From Octopus bimaculoides (Eukaryota), in assembly GCF_001194135.2 (NCBI RefSeq), contig NC_068994.1, positions 42,323,468-42,387,467 on the forward strand: a DNA stretch of 64,000 bases, in the 5' to 3' direction. A program made the position numbers and the translations under genes. This document shows positions 11,059-23,723 of this stretch, in pieces. The first letter of the stretch is position 1; each line of letters opens with the position of its first letter. The notes under the pieces are model-generated. The model did no database searches and was not told where the DNA came from. It worked only from the letters and a program-made list of their open reading frames with translations.

Positions 11059-13688
11059 GTGAATATACATATATATCGTAAATACATATATTTACATAAT
11101 AGGTGTATATATATATATATAATATATATGCGTATATGTGTGCATATATATATATATATATATACATACACACACACATGCACATATATTATAAATGTGT
11201 GTATGGTTGTATTTGTATGTGTATATGTATATATAGATATGTATGTATATGGGCAAGAGAGAGAGAGAGAAGAGATAGTGACACACACAAACACAAATAG
11301 AGTAAAAATACAAACAATCCACACTATATCTAAGAGCTAATGATTTAACTAACAAGGGAAACATGATGGAACTTCCAAACTTATCAATCATAACACAATG
11401 CTTGTCTTTTTTATTCTGCCTCTCTCTCTCTCTACCTAATTGACTGACAATTTCCTCACGAGCAATAAAATGACAATGTTACTATAAAATAACTAAATGC
11501 CATTAATCACCTTCACCAAAAAGCAAAAATGATCAATCATTATTACCCTTTATTATCATAAGGTGACTTCTGAAACACCAGGTCATGGAAAGAACTAAAG
11601 ATTATTACTTAGAATATATCTAATCAGGTCAGTGTTTACTGTCAGCTTTTGACAATTCTGAAGACTTGGTCATTTCTGAGTGTATTACAAAGAATGGGGT
11701 TTGCTATGGTAGCCATTACAAAGAAGCTGACCTAGTATTTTAGGATGTTCCATTATCTCCACACTCTAGATAAGTAGTTATCCAGCTTGTGAACAGAATT
11801 GGGTCAATGTATAATTCTGAAAGGGTTACAGTATATCTTTTACTTTTGAAATCATCATAATTTATGTTCACTTCCAGATTAAACAGGTTGTTACAATCCT
11901 TGTTAGTTCATATTTAGAGATACTACCCTTCTAGCTGGGCTAGAGGACCATCTTTTGGGCCTAATTTCCACAGCTGGATACCACTTTACAGTGTGCATTA
12001 TATCACTAGTGAGGCTGGTATGTTCTTGACAAAACTAAAGGGTTCTCTCAGCTCTACGCTGTCTCTTGTTTACAAACCACTTTATAGATTGTGTGCTTGT
12101 CTTCCATCCTGCTAAGACTAAAGGACTTTCAATACTTTATACTGTGTCCAATACCTTAACACCATGTGACCAAAAATATAAATAGTAAAGAGAGTTATAA
12201 CACGAGAAAAAATGTTTTATAAAATGTAAAATATTTGTGAAATAGCAATACTTGGAAACAGTTACCCTGTGTGTAAACACTAAGACCGTTTTTGCTCTTT
12301 TCTCTCAATTGTTAAATTACTAATGCTCTATGAAGAAAAAGAGAAAAACACACACACACACATTCCATAAATTCCTTCCAGACCATAATTATAATCCCTC
12401 TGTAAGAATTTTTTGCTTCATAAAATGTTTAATTATCTAAAATACCTTAGGTTATATCATACTGAAGATTTCTAAATAGAATGAAATAGTACAAAATGTG
12501 ATTACTACTGACTAGAAATTTTAAGAACTTTCTAATAAGTAAACAAAAAAATAGAGAAAATTAAATATATAAATTCTAATTTCTTATTCTGTAATTTCAA
12601 ATGCAAAATTCTAACACTGCCAAATATTATGGAGAAATGATTATTTCCCTTTTAATAACTGTCCTCTAGGGGACAATATGTGATTTGGAAATATGTTGTG
12701 TAATAATCTTGAAGTCTAGAGGCCACACCAAACAATAACAACAAGCATGATCTGAGGAATATTTCCCTTTCATAAGTATTAACCTATTAGCATTTAAATG
12801 CCTGTGCCTATATGTAAAAAATTATCAAATAGTATCCTGGGGTAGAATTGATTTACCAGTATCAGTTGTGATGTTAAAAGATTGGAAACCTCTGCATTAG
12901 ATGGAGCCAAGGTGTCGTATTAAAAATACTTTACTACATTGGCAGAAGGCCACAAATTCGTAGGGTTTAGATAAAGTTGGCTTATCAAGTGCTCTTCATG
13001 CCTCGTAAATATTTTATCTTCCTGCAAGGTTTTTCACTCCAGAAACTTGAATATGAAAGCAAACACAAGTCATGTAGTTGATACTTTACTGTTTCAGACA
13101 CTTCATCACTGTTTCTATAGCATTAAATGGCTTAACAAAATTGGTAGAGTATTGAAGAAATTGTCAGGTGATACTTGATTATACAACTTTAAATTTAGAT
13201 TTCAAATCCCATTGAGATCAATTATGTTTTATATCTTTTTGGAGTCAATAAGTTAGATACTGGAGTTGCCAAAATCAACTCTACTCGACACCCTAAATTT
13301 TATGTCTTGTGCCTATTTCATAAATCTAACAATAATTCAAAGAAAAATGTATAAATAAACTCAGTGCTTAAATTACATATATTCAGGATTGTTTAATTTT
13401 TGAAAAAATGAGAGCAAAAAAGATGTAATATGTAATATGCAAATAGATATGTTTCATTGGGGATGTCAAATAAAACCGAAACATGTGCAGAGTTGTCACT
13501 ATACTGATAAAAGATTGGATATGTCTTCACATAAGCCTCAAATTTTCCAAGTTTTAATCAATTTGGATTGATGAAAATTATTATTAATGCAAATTGTTCT
13601 TTTTCCACTTATGAGACTAACTCCAATTGATTAAATATTTTTAGTATCACTACATTAAGCATATTAGTGTTTGCTTAATAATAATAAT

Positions 13689-13734
<46 letters not shown>

Positions 13735-14532
13735 GGGTGTCCATCTTCCATTTCATATAGATCAAATGAACTGAGAGAGGACCCTTTGATAATTTTAACA
13801 AAGTTAAATTAATACTCTGAAGCAGATGTAATTTTCACGATTACAGTTTTCTAGGTTAAATCACACTCAGAACATCTTAGTTTGGCATCTCTTTATTATC
13901 AATAAAATATATAACAGAATATCTAAAACTGAAAGCATGACTTCAAATATGGTTGTCTGGTGGACAGGATGTTTGATGTAGAAGTTTAGTGGCATACTAC
14001 TTGAAAACAGTACTTTCGGAACTTGCTTTGTGTATACATAAGTGATATTTCAACAATATTTCTCACATTTTCAGGAACTTGTCTACTAAAATGGCATCAA
14101 GCTATAAAACATCACTGTTTCAGCAAATCTATAAATGGAAATGATGGACACTTAATAGGTAAAACTATCTCCTGTCAGAACTGAAACAAACTGATCAAAG
14201 AGCTAACTCAAATTAAACATTGTGTGCTAATCAGTGATTATACCACTATATTTAATGGAATATAAGGCATACTTTCCTTCATAAAACAAGAGATATCTCA
14301 AAAGCTCACCTTAGGTCCCATATACGAAGCTGGGTCAATATTATATGCTTTAATGTTCAACAAATATTTTCCTCAAATATGTGCTGCTGAGATTGGGGTG
14401 TGTTTAATATCCTTGTGCATCTTTTATGCCATATGATAATTGTTGCAGAGAGCTCTGGATCTGAATGTTAAAATATACAACTTCTGAACCAACTGATTTC
14501 TGGAGAATGAAGTGTGAGTGCTGAGAAGAGTT

Positions 14533-14594
14533 TGAGAATATTGAAGTCACTGAGAATATTGAAGTCACTGAGAATATTGAAGTCACTGAGAATA
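14533..14594. repeat. 18-bp minisatellite TGAGAATATTGAAGTCAC x3.4
   Basis: Three perfect units plus a partial unit. Confidence 0.95.
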
Positions 14595-16465
14595 AGGACT
14601 TCTGAGAGAGATGTACCATGTGTGTCCTTGATGCAGGAAAAATGAGGCCTTGTTGAAGATTTGAGGAATTAAGAGAGTGATAGTGATAGCAGAAAATATA
14701 TTTAGAAAACTGGAAAAGATACTTTGATCCAGAATTACATTTTTTAATATTTTTTCTGCTGATATCTAGATGAAAGAGATGCAGAGATTATTATCTATAT
14801 ACATGCAATTACTGCCTCTTCGAATGAAGATAACAGAGCATGGCTCATATATTAGCTTAGCTATAGATATGAGTTAAGCAATGTGTGTTTCAAAAGAGGA
14901 CAGGATATATGGTCATAGGTGATGGATGGGATCCAGGCTGAACAGTTGTCCACAAATGTTATTACAAAGAATGGAGAATTATCAAGCAGACTTAACTTGG
15001 ATGTATTTTTTAGTTTTGTCTTAATATTTTCGTAATGGTTTTGTTTAGGATGTGAGTGAGGACAAAGTTACAGCATTGAATCCAAGCAGTGCAACTGGCT
15101 TTCAGTAATTTCAGAAATGTCTCTCAAAATTCCATGCTTGCTGGGGTATCAGTTGTGTACTGTGGATAGAAGAGAATAATGGAATATGTACCACCTAAAT
15201 GAATGACACATTGTGAGCCATACCCACTCAGCAATGCTTTTATTGTATTTAGCAGTTAGTTTTCTTAAAAGAAACCTTTTCCACTGGAAGCCATTAACAA
15301 ATAGTGGCACCAGATATTGATATATCAAAAGGTTGTGTTATCCCAGGTTGCATACTGGGCCTTCTCACCTCCAAAAGAGGGCTATATTATTTTCTCATGA
15401 CACAGAACTCCTCTGTAACTTTTAGTGACCTTTTATTCAGAGTGAACCAGTTACATTAATTTCACTGCAGCTGGGAAAGCTATGTCTGTCCTGAAGTAGT
15501 TTCCTTGTGAGTGGAGGAATTCACAGAACTATGAAGTATAGGGAACAGAGATTTTGTCCTAAAATATAGATGCCTTTAAAGTTAATTTTTAGGAGAGAGA
15601 GAGGGAGAGAAAGAGAGACAGACAGATAGACAGACACTGATAGATGGACAGACACAGACAGATATGAATAATAAGGAAATGTATTCTAAATAAATGTAAA
15701 CAACTTTTTCTAAGAGAGACTTGACAGTGGAGATTGATTAGAAACAGAGGATAAGGGTTTATGCTGCCAAAATATTTAAGATGTGTGACAAGAGAGAAAG
15801 AGAGAGAGGGGGGATAGTAGATAAAACTAAACTTAATGAAATTGTTGGAGAAGAGGAAGAATTATTTGTCGTATTGATTCTAATTTTTTCTATGAATACT
15901 TCATACGACTTAGAAAGATCAGTTTTTCCTCACTGTTAAAACTATTTACAGCAACCTATCCTTTAAGTTAAAAAATTGTACTAGAGAAATGTGAATTAAC
16001 GACAGCCTCTTTATGAATACAGCAACTAATCTTAAATCTGAGTAACAGTATAACTCATACAGGTCGTATTCAGATCTCAGCAACGGGAAATCAGATGATC
16101 AAGTGTTACATGTATTTAAGAGTGACCTAACAACCATTCATACAACTAAAATTGTTCAAAACACTTTCATTGCATATAACACACAAATTTAGTTATCTAA
16201 CATTGAAATTAAAAAGTGATTTATAAGGCTAACACTATTCCAGCGTCAATAAATTCAGGAACTTTCTCAAAGGACAATCTGTATTTTATGTGTAAGTTTG
16301 CCAACAATTTTACCAGAGGAACCTCATTTTTTTTAAATGGTGTGTGTAAATTTTTGTCACAATCACAGCATTTGATCATTTAGTATTTAAACTAGCCATA
16401 TGTGATATGAGATAATGCATAATTATCTGGCTATGAGATAATTCAATTCAAGCCAAATATATTTA

Positions 16466-16682
16466 TGAGGGGGTGCTGAAAAGTTTCTGGCTTTAAGGAT
16501 ATTGTGAAAGGCTTGGCTGGAGGCCAAATATTTCAAGTTCTTTTACAGGGCTTAGAAAAACTGAAGCACTGCTACAATAAGTGTGTGAATCTTAGAGGGG
16601 AATATGTTGAATAAAATCATGATTAACTGATCCTTTTGTATTTTCTTTTACCCGAAGCCAGGAACTTTTCAACACCCCCTTG
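16466..16682 (+). mobile_element. Mariner-derived MITE, copy 1
   Basis: TA flanks; TIRs TGAGGGGGTGCTGAAAAGTTTCTGGCT / AGCCAGGAACTTTTCAACACCCCCTTG; interior reads GLEKLKHCYNKCVNLRGEYVE*, a mariner transposase C-terminus. Confidence 0.85.
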
Positions 16683-17329
16683 TAAATATGTATTATATTT
16701 AACAGAGAAAACTGAATGCTAAGGGATTAAACAATATACACAGAGCACATTTCAAACCAACCTTCAAATAATAAATTATTTTCATTTTTCTTGGTCTGTT
16801 ATTGATTGCAATAGATATGAAATTGTTCACTTTAACAACAAAAATCACTCACTTTTGGTTTCCACTATATATAATTTCAGTTCCAACCTTATTTTCTCAT
16901 TGACATTTTCTATGGTCCTAAACTTAATGGAAATATTGAAAGAAAAATGTTATGAAATTTCTGCAGTTACTTAGTTCTCACATCTGCTCAAAGAATGCCT
17001 CCATATTCTTGTCTGATAATTCAATATCACTCTTTATACATTTGCTAATGTAAGTTTAAATTGTGCTTTTCTCTGTTTTCACAAGATGTTATGGTTGTCA
17101 TTACTTCATGAGTTATTTTTTTAAATTCCTTATGTTTTAACCATTTTAACCATTTCTGTTTTTTTTTATTTGACTTTACTTCCCATTCTTCATTGTTGCA
17201 GCTTCTACTATATGTTAATTTGTTGACAGTTTTTTGGCTGTATCCAGCCAACAAACTTTTCACTAACATGATTTCTACAAAAGTTTTCCATTCTAATATT
17301 TTCCAGATTACACTGTAGAGATACTTTTT

Positions 17330-17700
17330 GACTCATCAGAAGATGATCTCTTTATAGTTTGCTGCCAAGTACTGCAAGGCATGGATGAGAAAAGTGTTCT
17401 GAAGACTGGGACATTGGTCCTCTCAAGAAAGTCTTTCCAGAACATTCTGATTGTCAGTTGGACATAACTAAGGCAAATAGAAAAGTTTAAGTATCTTGGG
17501 ATTGTATTCGTGAGTGATGGGAGGCAGGAGGCTGAACTAGAAGCTAGAACTGCAGGTGCTGGCAGAGCAATAGGCCAAATTCAGCATATGATCCTTAAAA
17601 GAGGAGAGGTTGGTAAAAAAGCCAAACTTGCTGTCTTCATTTCAGTTTTCAGGTCTATCATCACTTATGGTCATGAATGTTGGGTAATGACTGAAAAAAC
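17330..17700 (+). mobile_element. RTE-clade (Expander/Rex3-like) RT C-terminal fragment
   Basis: KFKYLGIVFVSDGRQEAELEARTAGAGRAIGQIQHMILKRGEVGKKAKLAVFISVFRSIITYGHECWVMTEK matches the Expander-type KYLG..F.SEG......D.RIGAA....SRKAKL.IY....TLTYGHE.WVMTER. Confidence 0.8.
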
Positions 17701-17915
17701 ATTGGTGTGGATACAGGGGCCATGTAAAAAGCATCCAGTACACTCTGTAAAGCGGTTGGTATTAAGAAGGGCATCCAGTTGTAGAAACCAAACCAAAACA
17801 CATTATGGAGCCTGGTGCTGCCCCTGGCCTTGCCAGTTCTTGTGAAGCCATCCAACCTGTGTCAGCTTGGATAACAGACTTTAAATGGGGAAGACAATCA
17901 TGATCATGATGTTCG
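17701..17915 (+). mobile_element. Degenerate RTE 3' UTR/tail
   Basis: GGTTGGTATTAAGAAGGGCATCCAGTTGTAGAAACC motif and an ATGAT-type tail. Confidence 0.65.
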
Positions 17916-17919
17916 TAGT

Positions 17920-18398
17920 ATTATACAAATTCAATTCTTGTATTAATATTGAAGTTTGCTTCAGAAAAAGTAGGTGTACACTTTAGTGAATAAAAAAGGT
18001 GTGATGTTTCATCAGGACAATGCGCGACCCCACACTGCAAAGATCACATCACAGAAGATTGAAGAGCTTGGTTGGGAAAAAATTCCTCATCCACCTTATT
18101 CTCCTGACCTTGCTCCTTCAGACTACTATTTGTTTCATAGTTTACAGAATTATTTGGGTGGGGGGGGACATAACTTTCGCAAGGCAGGAGGAGGTCGAAA
18201 CTGACGTTGCAGAGTTCTTCACTTTGAAACCAAAAGAGTTTTACATTGATGGGATTAAAAAGCTTGTATGTAAATAGATGGAAGGAAGTCATTGATAATC
18301 AGGGAAAGTACATTGATGATTAAATTTCAATTAAATATAACATTTGGTCACTTGTTTTCTTTATTCAAAATTTGGACAGAACTTATGGGATCACCTGA
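17920..18398 (+). mobile_element. Mariner transposase 3' half with right TIR (decayed)
   Basis: HQDNARPHTA...HPPYSPDLAPSDYYLF motifs, frameshift near 18165, C-terminus GIKKLV...VIDNQGKYIDD*, then a TIR-like GGACAGAACTTATGGGATCACCTGA followed by TA. Confidence 0.9.
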
Positions 18399-18454
18399 TA
18401 TATATAAACACACACACACACACACATATATATGCATGTATATTTGTATCTTCA

Positions 18455-18716
18455 TCTTGGCACCACATGAGATTAGTAACCGAGTGTCACTGGCATGCAA
18501 GCAATGTCATTCATTTTCAGTCTTACATAAAATTACATCCAGACATAGGGAAATATTATCTTGCTTGGAAACAAGTGGGGGTTGGTGACAGGATGGACAT
18601 CTAGCCATGAAAAACATTCTGCAATTTCATACGATCTATGTAAACATGGAAAAGTGGGCATTAAAGTAATGATAATGATGATGATGATGATGATGATCAT
18701 CATCATCATCATCATC
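18455..18716 (+). mobile_element. Degenerate RTE-like 3' end with (GAT)n tail
   Basis: GGTTGGTGACAGGATGGACATCTAGCC motif, CATGGAAAAGTGGGCATTAAA terminus, (GAT)n. Confidence 0.6.
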
Positions 18717-19424
18717 AACACAACGACGTTGATGACTATGGTGATAACGATGATAATGATGAGGAGGAGGAGGATGTCATCTCTAATGTATCAACCAAAC
18801 TATGTTCCACCTTAGGTGCATAATATTAATTTTTGACATATACAGAACTAGAAATTTGATTTTGTATATGTCAGAAATTAATATTATGGGGATAGAGGTG
18901 GTTATAGTACTGGTGCTGGTAGTGGTGGGTCCACTAAATTAAATTGCTCTCTGTATTTGAATCACATCTAATCCTGTTTCATAATAACAGGATGAAAGTT
19001 ACATTTGGTCTCAGAATGATTTTGAACTCACAACATAGAGAGCCATAACAAAATATACTACGTGGCATTTAACCTGGTTCTCTAATGATTCAGCCAATTT
19101 TCCATTCACCTGAAGTAAATACAGTGTTAAAACATCTGCAGATTTGAACTCAAGACATATAAGCTAATGGTCTAACACCATATCCATTTAACCAATTAGT
19201 TTTCATTTATAAATTTATGGTATATACTCACACACATGCACACACGCACACGCACACATGCAAACACACAAACACACATACACGCACCCACGTATGAGTG
19301 TGTTATTGCTTTTATATCAGTGTGTGTGTGCTTTCTGTGTAAATGTTGCTTGTATTTGGCTCTATACATATTCACAAATGTATACATTCATACATGCATT
19401 CATATACACAGACACATATATACA

Positions 19425-19463
<39 letters not shown>

Positions 19464-19585
19464 CATACATACACACACACACAAAGACATACAAGTAAAC
19501 CACTTTTATGCATGCATACTTAAACCATATAAATGTCTTTAGTGATATATTCATACATACATATATATATATATATGTATAAATG

Positions 19586-19637
<52 letters not shown>

Positions 19638-20899
19638 TATACATATATATATATATTTATACACATAAACATATATATATACAAAGAGAGTGATAGAGAG
19701 AGATGTGTGTACGTGCATACATACACACTCACAAGCATGCATATTTGTGTGAATATATGTACATGTATATGAGTGTGCGTTTGTCTGTGTTTTTATGTGT
19801 ATATATATGTGTGTGAATGCATTTGATGTGCGTGCATGTCTGTGTATGTCACATATTACAGGAAAGATGCAGTTAAAGTTTCTTTGATTTATTGTATCTC
19901 TCTTACTCTGATTTTATACAGTCTTTTTCTTGAAATAAAGTCGCTAATAGTTCCAGGGAATTCCAGTGAAGAAAAGCTTTTCTATTCCACAGTTAAGTAA
20001 TGTCCTCTTACAAGCAAGCAGAGAATGCCAGTTTCATAGCAAGCGTGTTTATGGCAATTTGCCATTGTAACTTTGGATAAGTGAAAGAGATTTAAAAATC
20101 ATAAATCTCATGTGATATATAGATATTGCTATGGAGCTATTATGCTGGAATGTCCAAAGATAATGGCCTTGTCATTGAACTGATTTTTGCATGAGGAATA
20201 TTTTCAATTTTGCCTCTGAAAACTTCCATTCTCTTTAGCTGTTTGACTTAAGATCATTATAAGTTCTCAAGCGAGAATACAAGGAACAATCTACTAAATC
20301 AAATACAAATTCAAAGTTAATATCATTGAAGAATTTTATATTGAGACTTTGTGGAGTTCTTGTTGTGCTGAAGTTAATGGTGTTAATTTAGAAATCTTTA
20401 CTGCATGGACAATTTTAGTTTAGATTCTCTAGAGTAGGAGAAAATATAGAAATTGTAGCTACGATTAAACACATTTCACATTTCTCAGGTGGTATATTAC
20501 TTCTTTTCTTATCAATATACCTGTTTTGTCCTTCTTTAAATTCTTACCCAGTGACTCATAAGTTCAGTTCTTAATACACTGGTTTCTTTTACAATCAGTT
20601 GAAACAATTATGTCCTGACATTATGGAGATGATGGCTGTCTGTCTGACTTTTAGTTACCTGCAAGCAGTGCCATTTTAAGGCATGTGCATACTGGGAATT
20701 TGCCAAGAGGTCTCACAGACACAAAATTTATGTATCTTGATTTATGTATTTTGCAGTTGTTTGCAGTCAATAAGTCAATACTATAGGGCACATTGCATTG
20801 ATTTACTTAGGGTCCTAAAAAGTTGCTAAGATGGCACAGTCTGTGAGAACTAATGCATTTTGTTTGAGGAACAGCTTGATGTATCGGTGAACAGTCAAC

Positions 20900-21688
20900 A
20901 GTGTTGGAGAGCATGAAGATTAAAGTTGTAGTTGAAAAAATGTTAGTTGATACAAAGGACTGGAAGACATCTGAATATTGGAAAAGAATCACCTGTGCCA
21001 TGCTGATTTGTACCTGGCTATCAGAATGCCAACATCATAACTGCAGCATAATATTCTGCGAACATAGTAAGACATATCCCGTGTATCTTGGAAACCAAGT
21101 TCCTCCAAACTGTGACAGACCATCACAGCTGATATCATTCCACCCCACACCTTTGAGCAGGGCCTCAACCTCAAATCAGACAGCTATGTAAAGCTGCAAG
21201 AGAATGTAGCCAAACCCTGGCAGGGATGGGTTGCTGCTGGAAAACCATATGTGTGGCAGCAGGATTTCAATCCTAGCCATACCTCTGAAAAGAGTCAGAA
21301 ATTATTCTCAGAGAATTTCTACGACTTCACCAGCCCGATTTCTAGCCTCCTAATCCACCTAACTGTAATCCCATGAATTACTATGTATGTGGTGCATTAT
21401 AGAAAGACATCAACCATAGTACCTGCAACACCAAGGCCAAGCTAGTGACCAAGATCAAGGAAGAGTTCATAGATCTCCCCAGGGATACAGTGAGGAATGC
21501 ACATTCCAGGTTCCAGAACCATCTTCAGACAGTGGTGGAAACCGAGTGCAGATACTTTGAGTAAACTGTTATTTCCCAGGCATAATCTAGTTGATGTTTA
21601 TTGATATTTTAGAATACTTTTAATTTGGATGGGATATTGTGTTTTCCTTTCTTTTTCTGCAAACTGTCAAATATAGCCTGAACAGCCT
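20900..21688 (+). mobile_element. Tc1/mariner DD37D (maT-type) transposase remnant
   Basis: ETKFLQTV...PHTFEQGLNLKSDSYVKL..VAKPW..VAAGKPYVWQQDFNPSHTS...F*PPNPPNCNPMNYYV; after correcting one frameshift, 37 residues separate QQD from the NPx(D) position; TIR-like end AAATATAGCCTGAACAGCC followed by TA. Confidence 0.75.
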
Positions 21689-22000
21689 ATAAATAGCTTC
21701 CTACTAAATGGGTTACTGCTTCACATACCACCTAAGAATCTTAAGAAGCATAATGGCAGTGAGGTTAAGGTGCTGAATGCACAGAGCTAACAGCCATCAG
21801 TTCAAATATAACTGCAAAATCCATTATGTTTTGAACAAACCTTGTTAATAAATCTACTTCTTTATTTTATATCATGCATTTCTGAGCAGTAGTGTGGTTG
21901 GCTGCAGATTTACAATGGACTAATCATTGGTTCACTTTATTTCCAAAAGCGAGAGTTACAGACAAGTGTTTGAGTAACTTGAAATAAATATCTTAATATA

Positions 22001-22216
22001 CGAGGGGGTGCTGAAAAGTTCCTGGCTTAAGGATATTGCAAAAGGCTTCTTTTGAAGCCCAACCTTCCAAGTTCTCTCACAGGGCTTAGAAAAACTGAAG
22101 AACCACTGCAAGAAGTGTGTGAATCTGCGAGAGGAACATGTCAAATAAAATCATAACTGAAACTCCTATATTTTCTTTTACCCAAAGCCATGAACTTTTC
22201 AGCCTACACTCGGTCG
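22001..22216 (+). mobile_element. Mariner-derived MITE, copy 2
   Basis: TA + CGAGGGGGTGCTGAAAAGTTCCTGGCT ... AGCCATGAACTTTTCAGC..; same interior as 16466-16682. Confidence 0.85.
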
Positions 22217-22539
22217 TAAATCAGGTATCCATAATTGAGGCAATATTAAATTAAAGTTGCCATATATGTATCATACTTAATAAACACACACTGTCGGTAG
22301 GTCAGTTATTGTGATACTTTTTCTGAGATAATGGGAACTGACCAAACTACTGCTGGCATGAATTTTTGTCCCTATCTATAAGAGATGTTACCTGAGGAGA
22401 AATACTGCAGTTATTGGCCAATCAACAGTGTATATATTACTTATAATACAGAGATATATCTTTGTTGGTTGCACTGATTTATCAGTGATTTCTTGCTAAT
22501 GTGTACATTTATTCTGATATGTACATATAAATGTATATA

Positions 22540-22574
<35 letters not shown>

Positions 22575-22584
22575 NNNNNNNNNN

Positions 22585-22627
<43 letters not shown>

Positions 22628-22629
<2 letters not shown>

Positions 22630-22950
22630 CAAATTTAGGGAATGGAATAGGTAAAATCCAGGATACATATGTTTCCTAGCAAGCAGAACCTCAAAAGTAG
22701 TAATTACTTAATGCGGGGTACTCCACTAGTTACTCCCTCTGTGCTTTCCATGCATTTTTGATCAAAATTCCTGAGAGTTAACATGAGATCCCTTGAAAAA
22801 TACGTAACCTTCATTTGACTAAGGTATGTTTGGCCTGATGTGCTGCTAGTGGAGTACCTCTTGTTGAGTAATTACTATTTTCAAGGTTCTGCTAGTTAGG
22901 AAGCATATGTAACCTGGATTTTACCAACTCCAATTTCCGCAACTTGGATT
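22628..22950. mobile_element. Fold-back MITE-like element with ~100-bp arms
   Basis: 22640-22729 is the reverse complement of 22846-22940 (GGTAAAATCCAGG.TACATATG, AGCAGAACC, AGTAATTACT, GGTACTCCACTAG). Confidence 0.8.
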
Positions 22951-23174
22951 TTTATTCACATACACAGCAACCTCATCTGTTAACCGTGAACTATAAGATA
23001 GTTTTTTTCAGTTTATCGAACTTCGATACAGGACATGTTTATAACCTTCAACATCAATAAACCACCATTGTTCCTGAAAGTTGTTTTCATACCTTCTACA
23101 GACTGCTTGACTTTCTATACTTTGATACTTGGATCTCAGCTTTACATATAATCATAAACATATAAAAATATAAT

Positions 23175-23372
23175 ATGAGGGCTTCCATATGGTTCCCATT
23201 TACTAAATTTCCTACACAAGGCCTTGTTCAACCAAAAGTTATGGTAGAACATAGTACCTAAGGTGCTGTACAGTGGGAGAGAACCTAGAACTATATGTTT
23301 TCAAAGTGAACTTCTTAATCACACAGCCATGCCTAAGCCCATTGCTTGACTGCATATACTTCCGCTTGGCTA
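23175..23372 (-). mobile_element. SINE family A, degenerate 5' half
   Basis: Reverse complement of the family A head (AGGCATGGCTGTGTGATTAAGAAG...). Confidence 0.65.
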
Positions 23373-23689
23373 TGCATAAATAGACACATAAAAATGAGAA
23401 AAACCATTCCAAACATGTTATATTAGGAAAATGGATATAACATACAGAAAGAGTGACAGATATATATTTAACATTATGTACCACATGGTATTTTGTCACT
23501 TTCCATCAATTTCTTTAGACTTATATTATAGTTTGTCAAGTATATATAACAAGTATTTCCAGTACTAGATTTTATTAACCCAAATCTGTGTTTACCCATA
23601 ACCATCTGAGTTTCTTGGACTATATTTGGAATACATTTCATAATCAGAAATTTCTATAGCTCAAATAAATTTGTTAAAATAATTCTTTT

Positions 23690-23723
<34 letters not shown>

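Noticed and set aside
14078-14160. Possible + exon (TTTTCAG...ATAG/GTAAAA, GTCLLKWHQAIKHHCFSKSINGNDGHLI)
   Set aside because: AG/GT-bounded short open frames arise by chance in AT-rich DNA; no homology and no partner exons.
14533-14594. CRISPR-like array
   Set aside because: The units are contiguous with no spacers; eukaryotic context; no cas genes.
14521-14640. LRILKSLRILKSLRILKSLRI resembles a voltage-sensor S4 helix
   Set aside because: It is an exact 18-bp DNA tandem; there are stops just upstream in all three + frames and no convincing splice sites.
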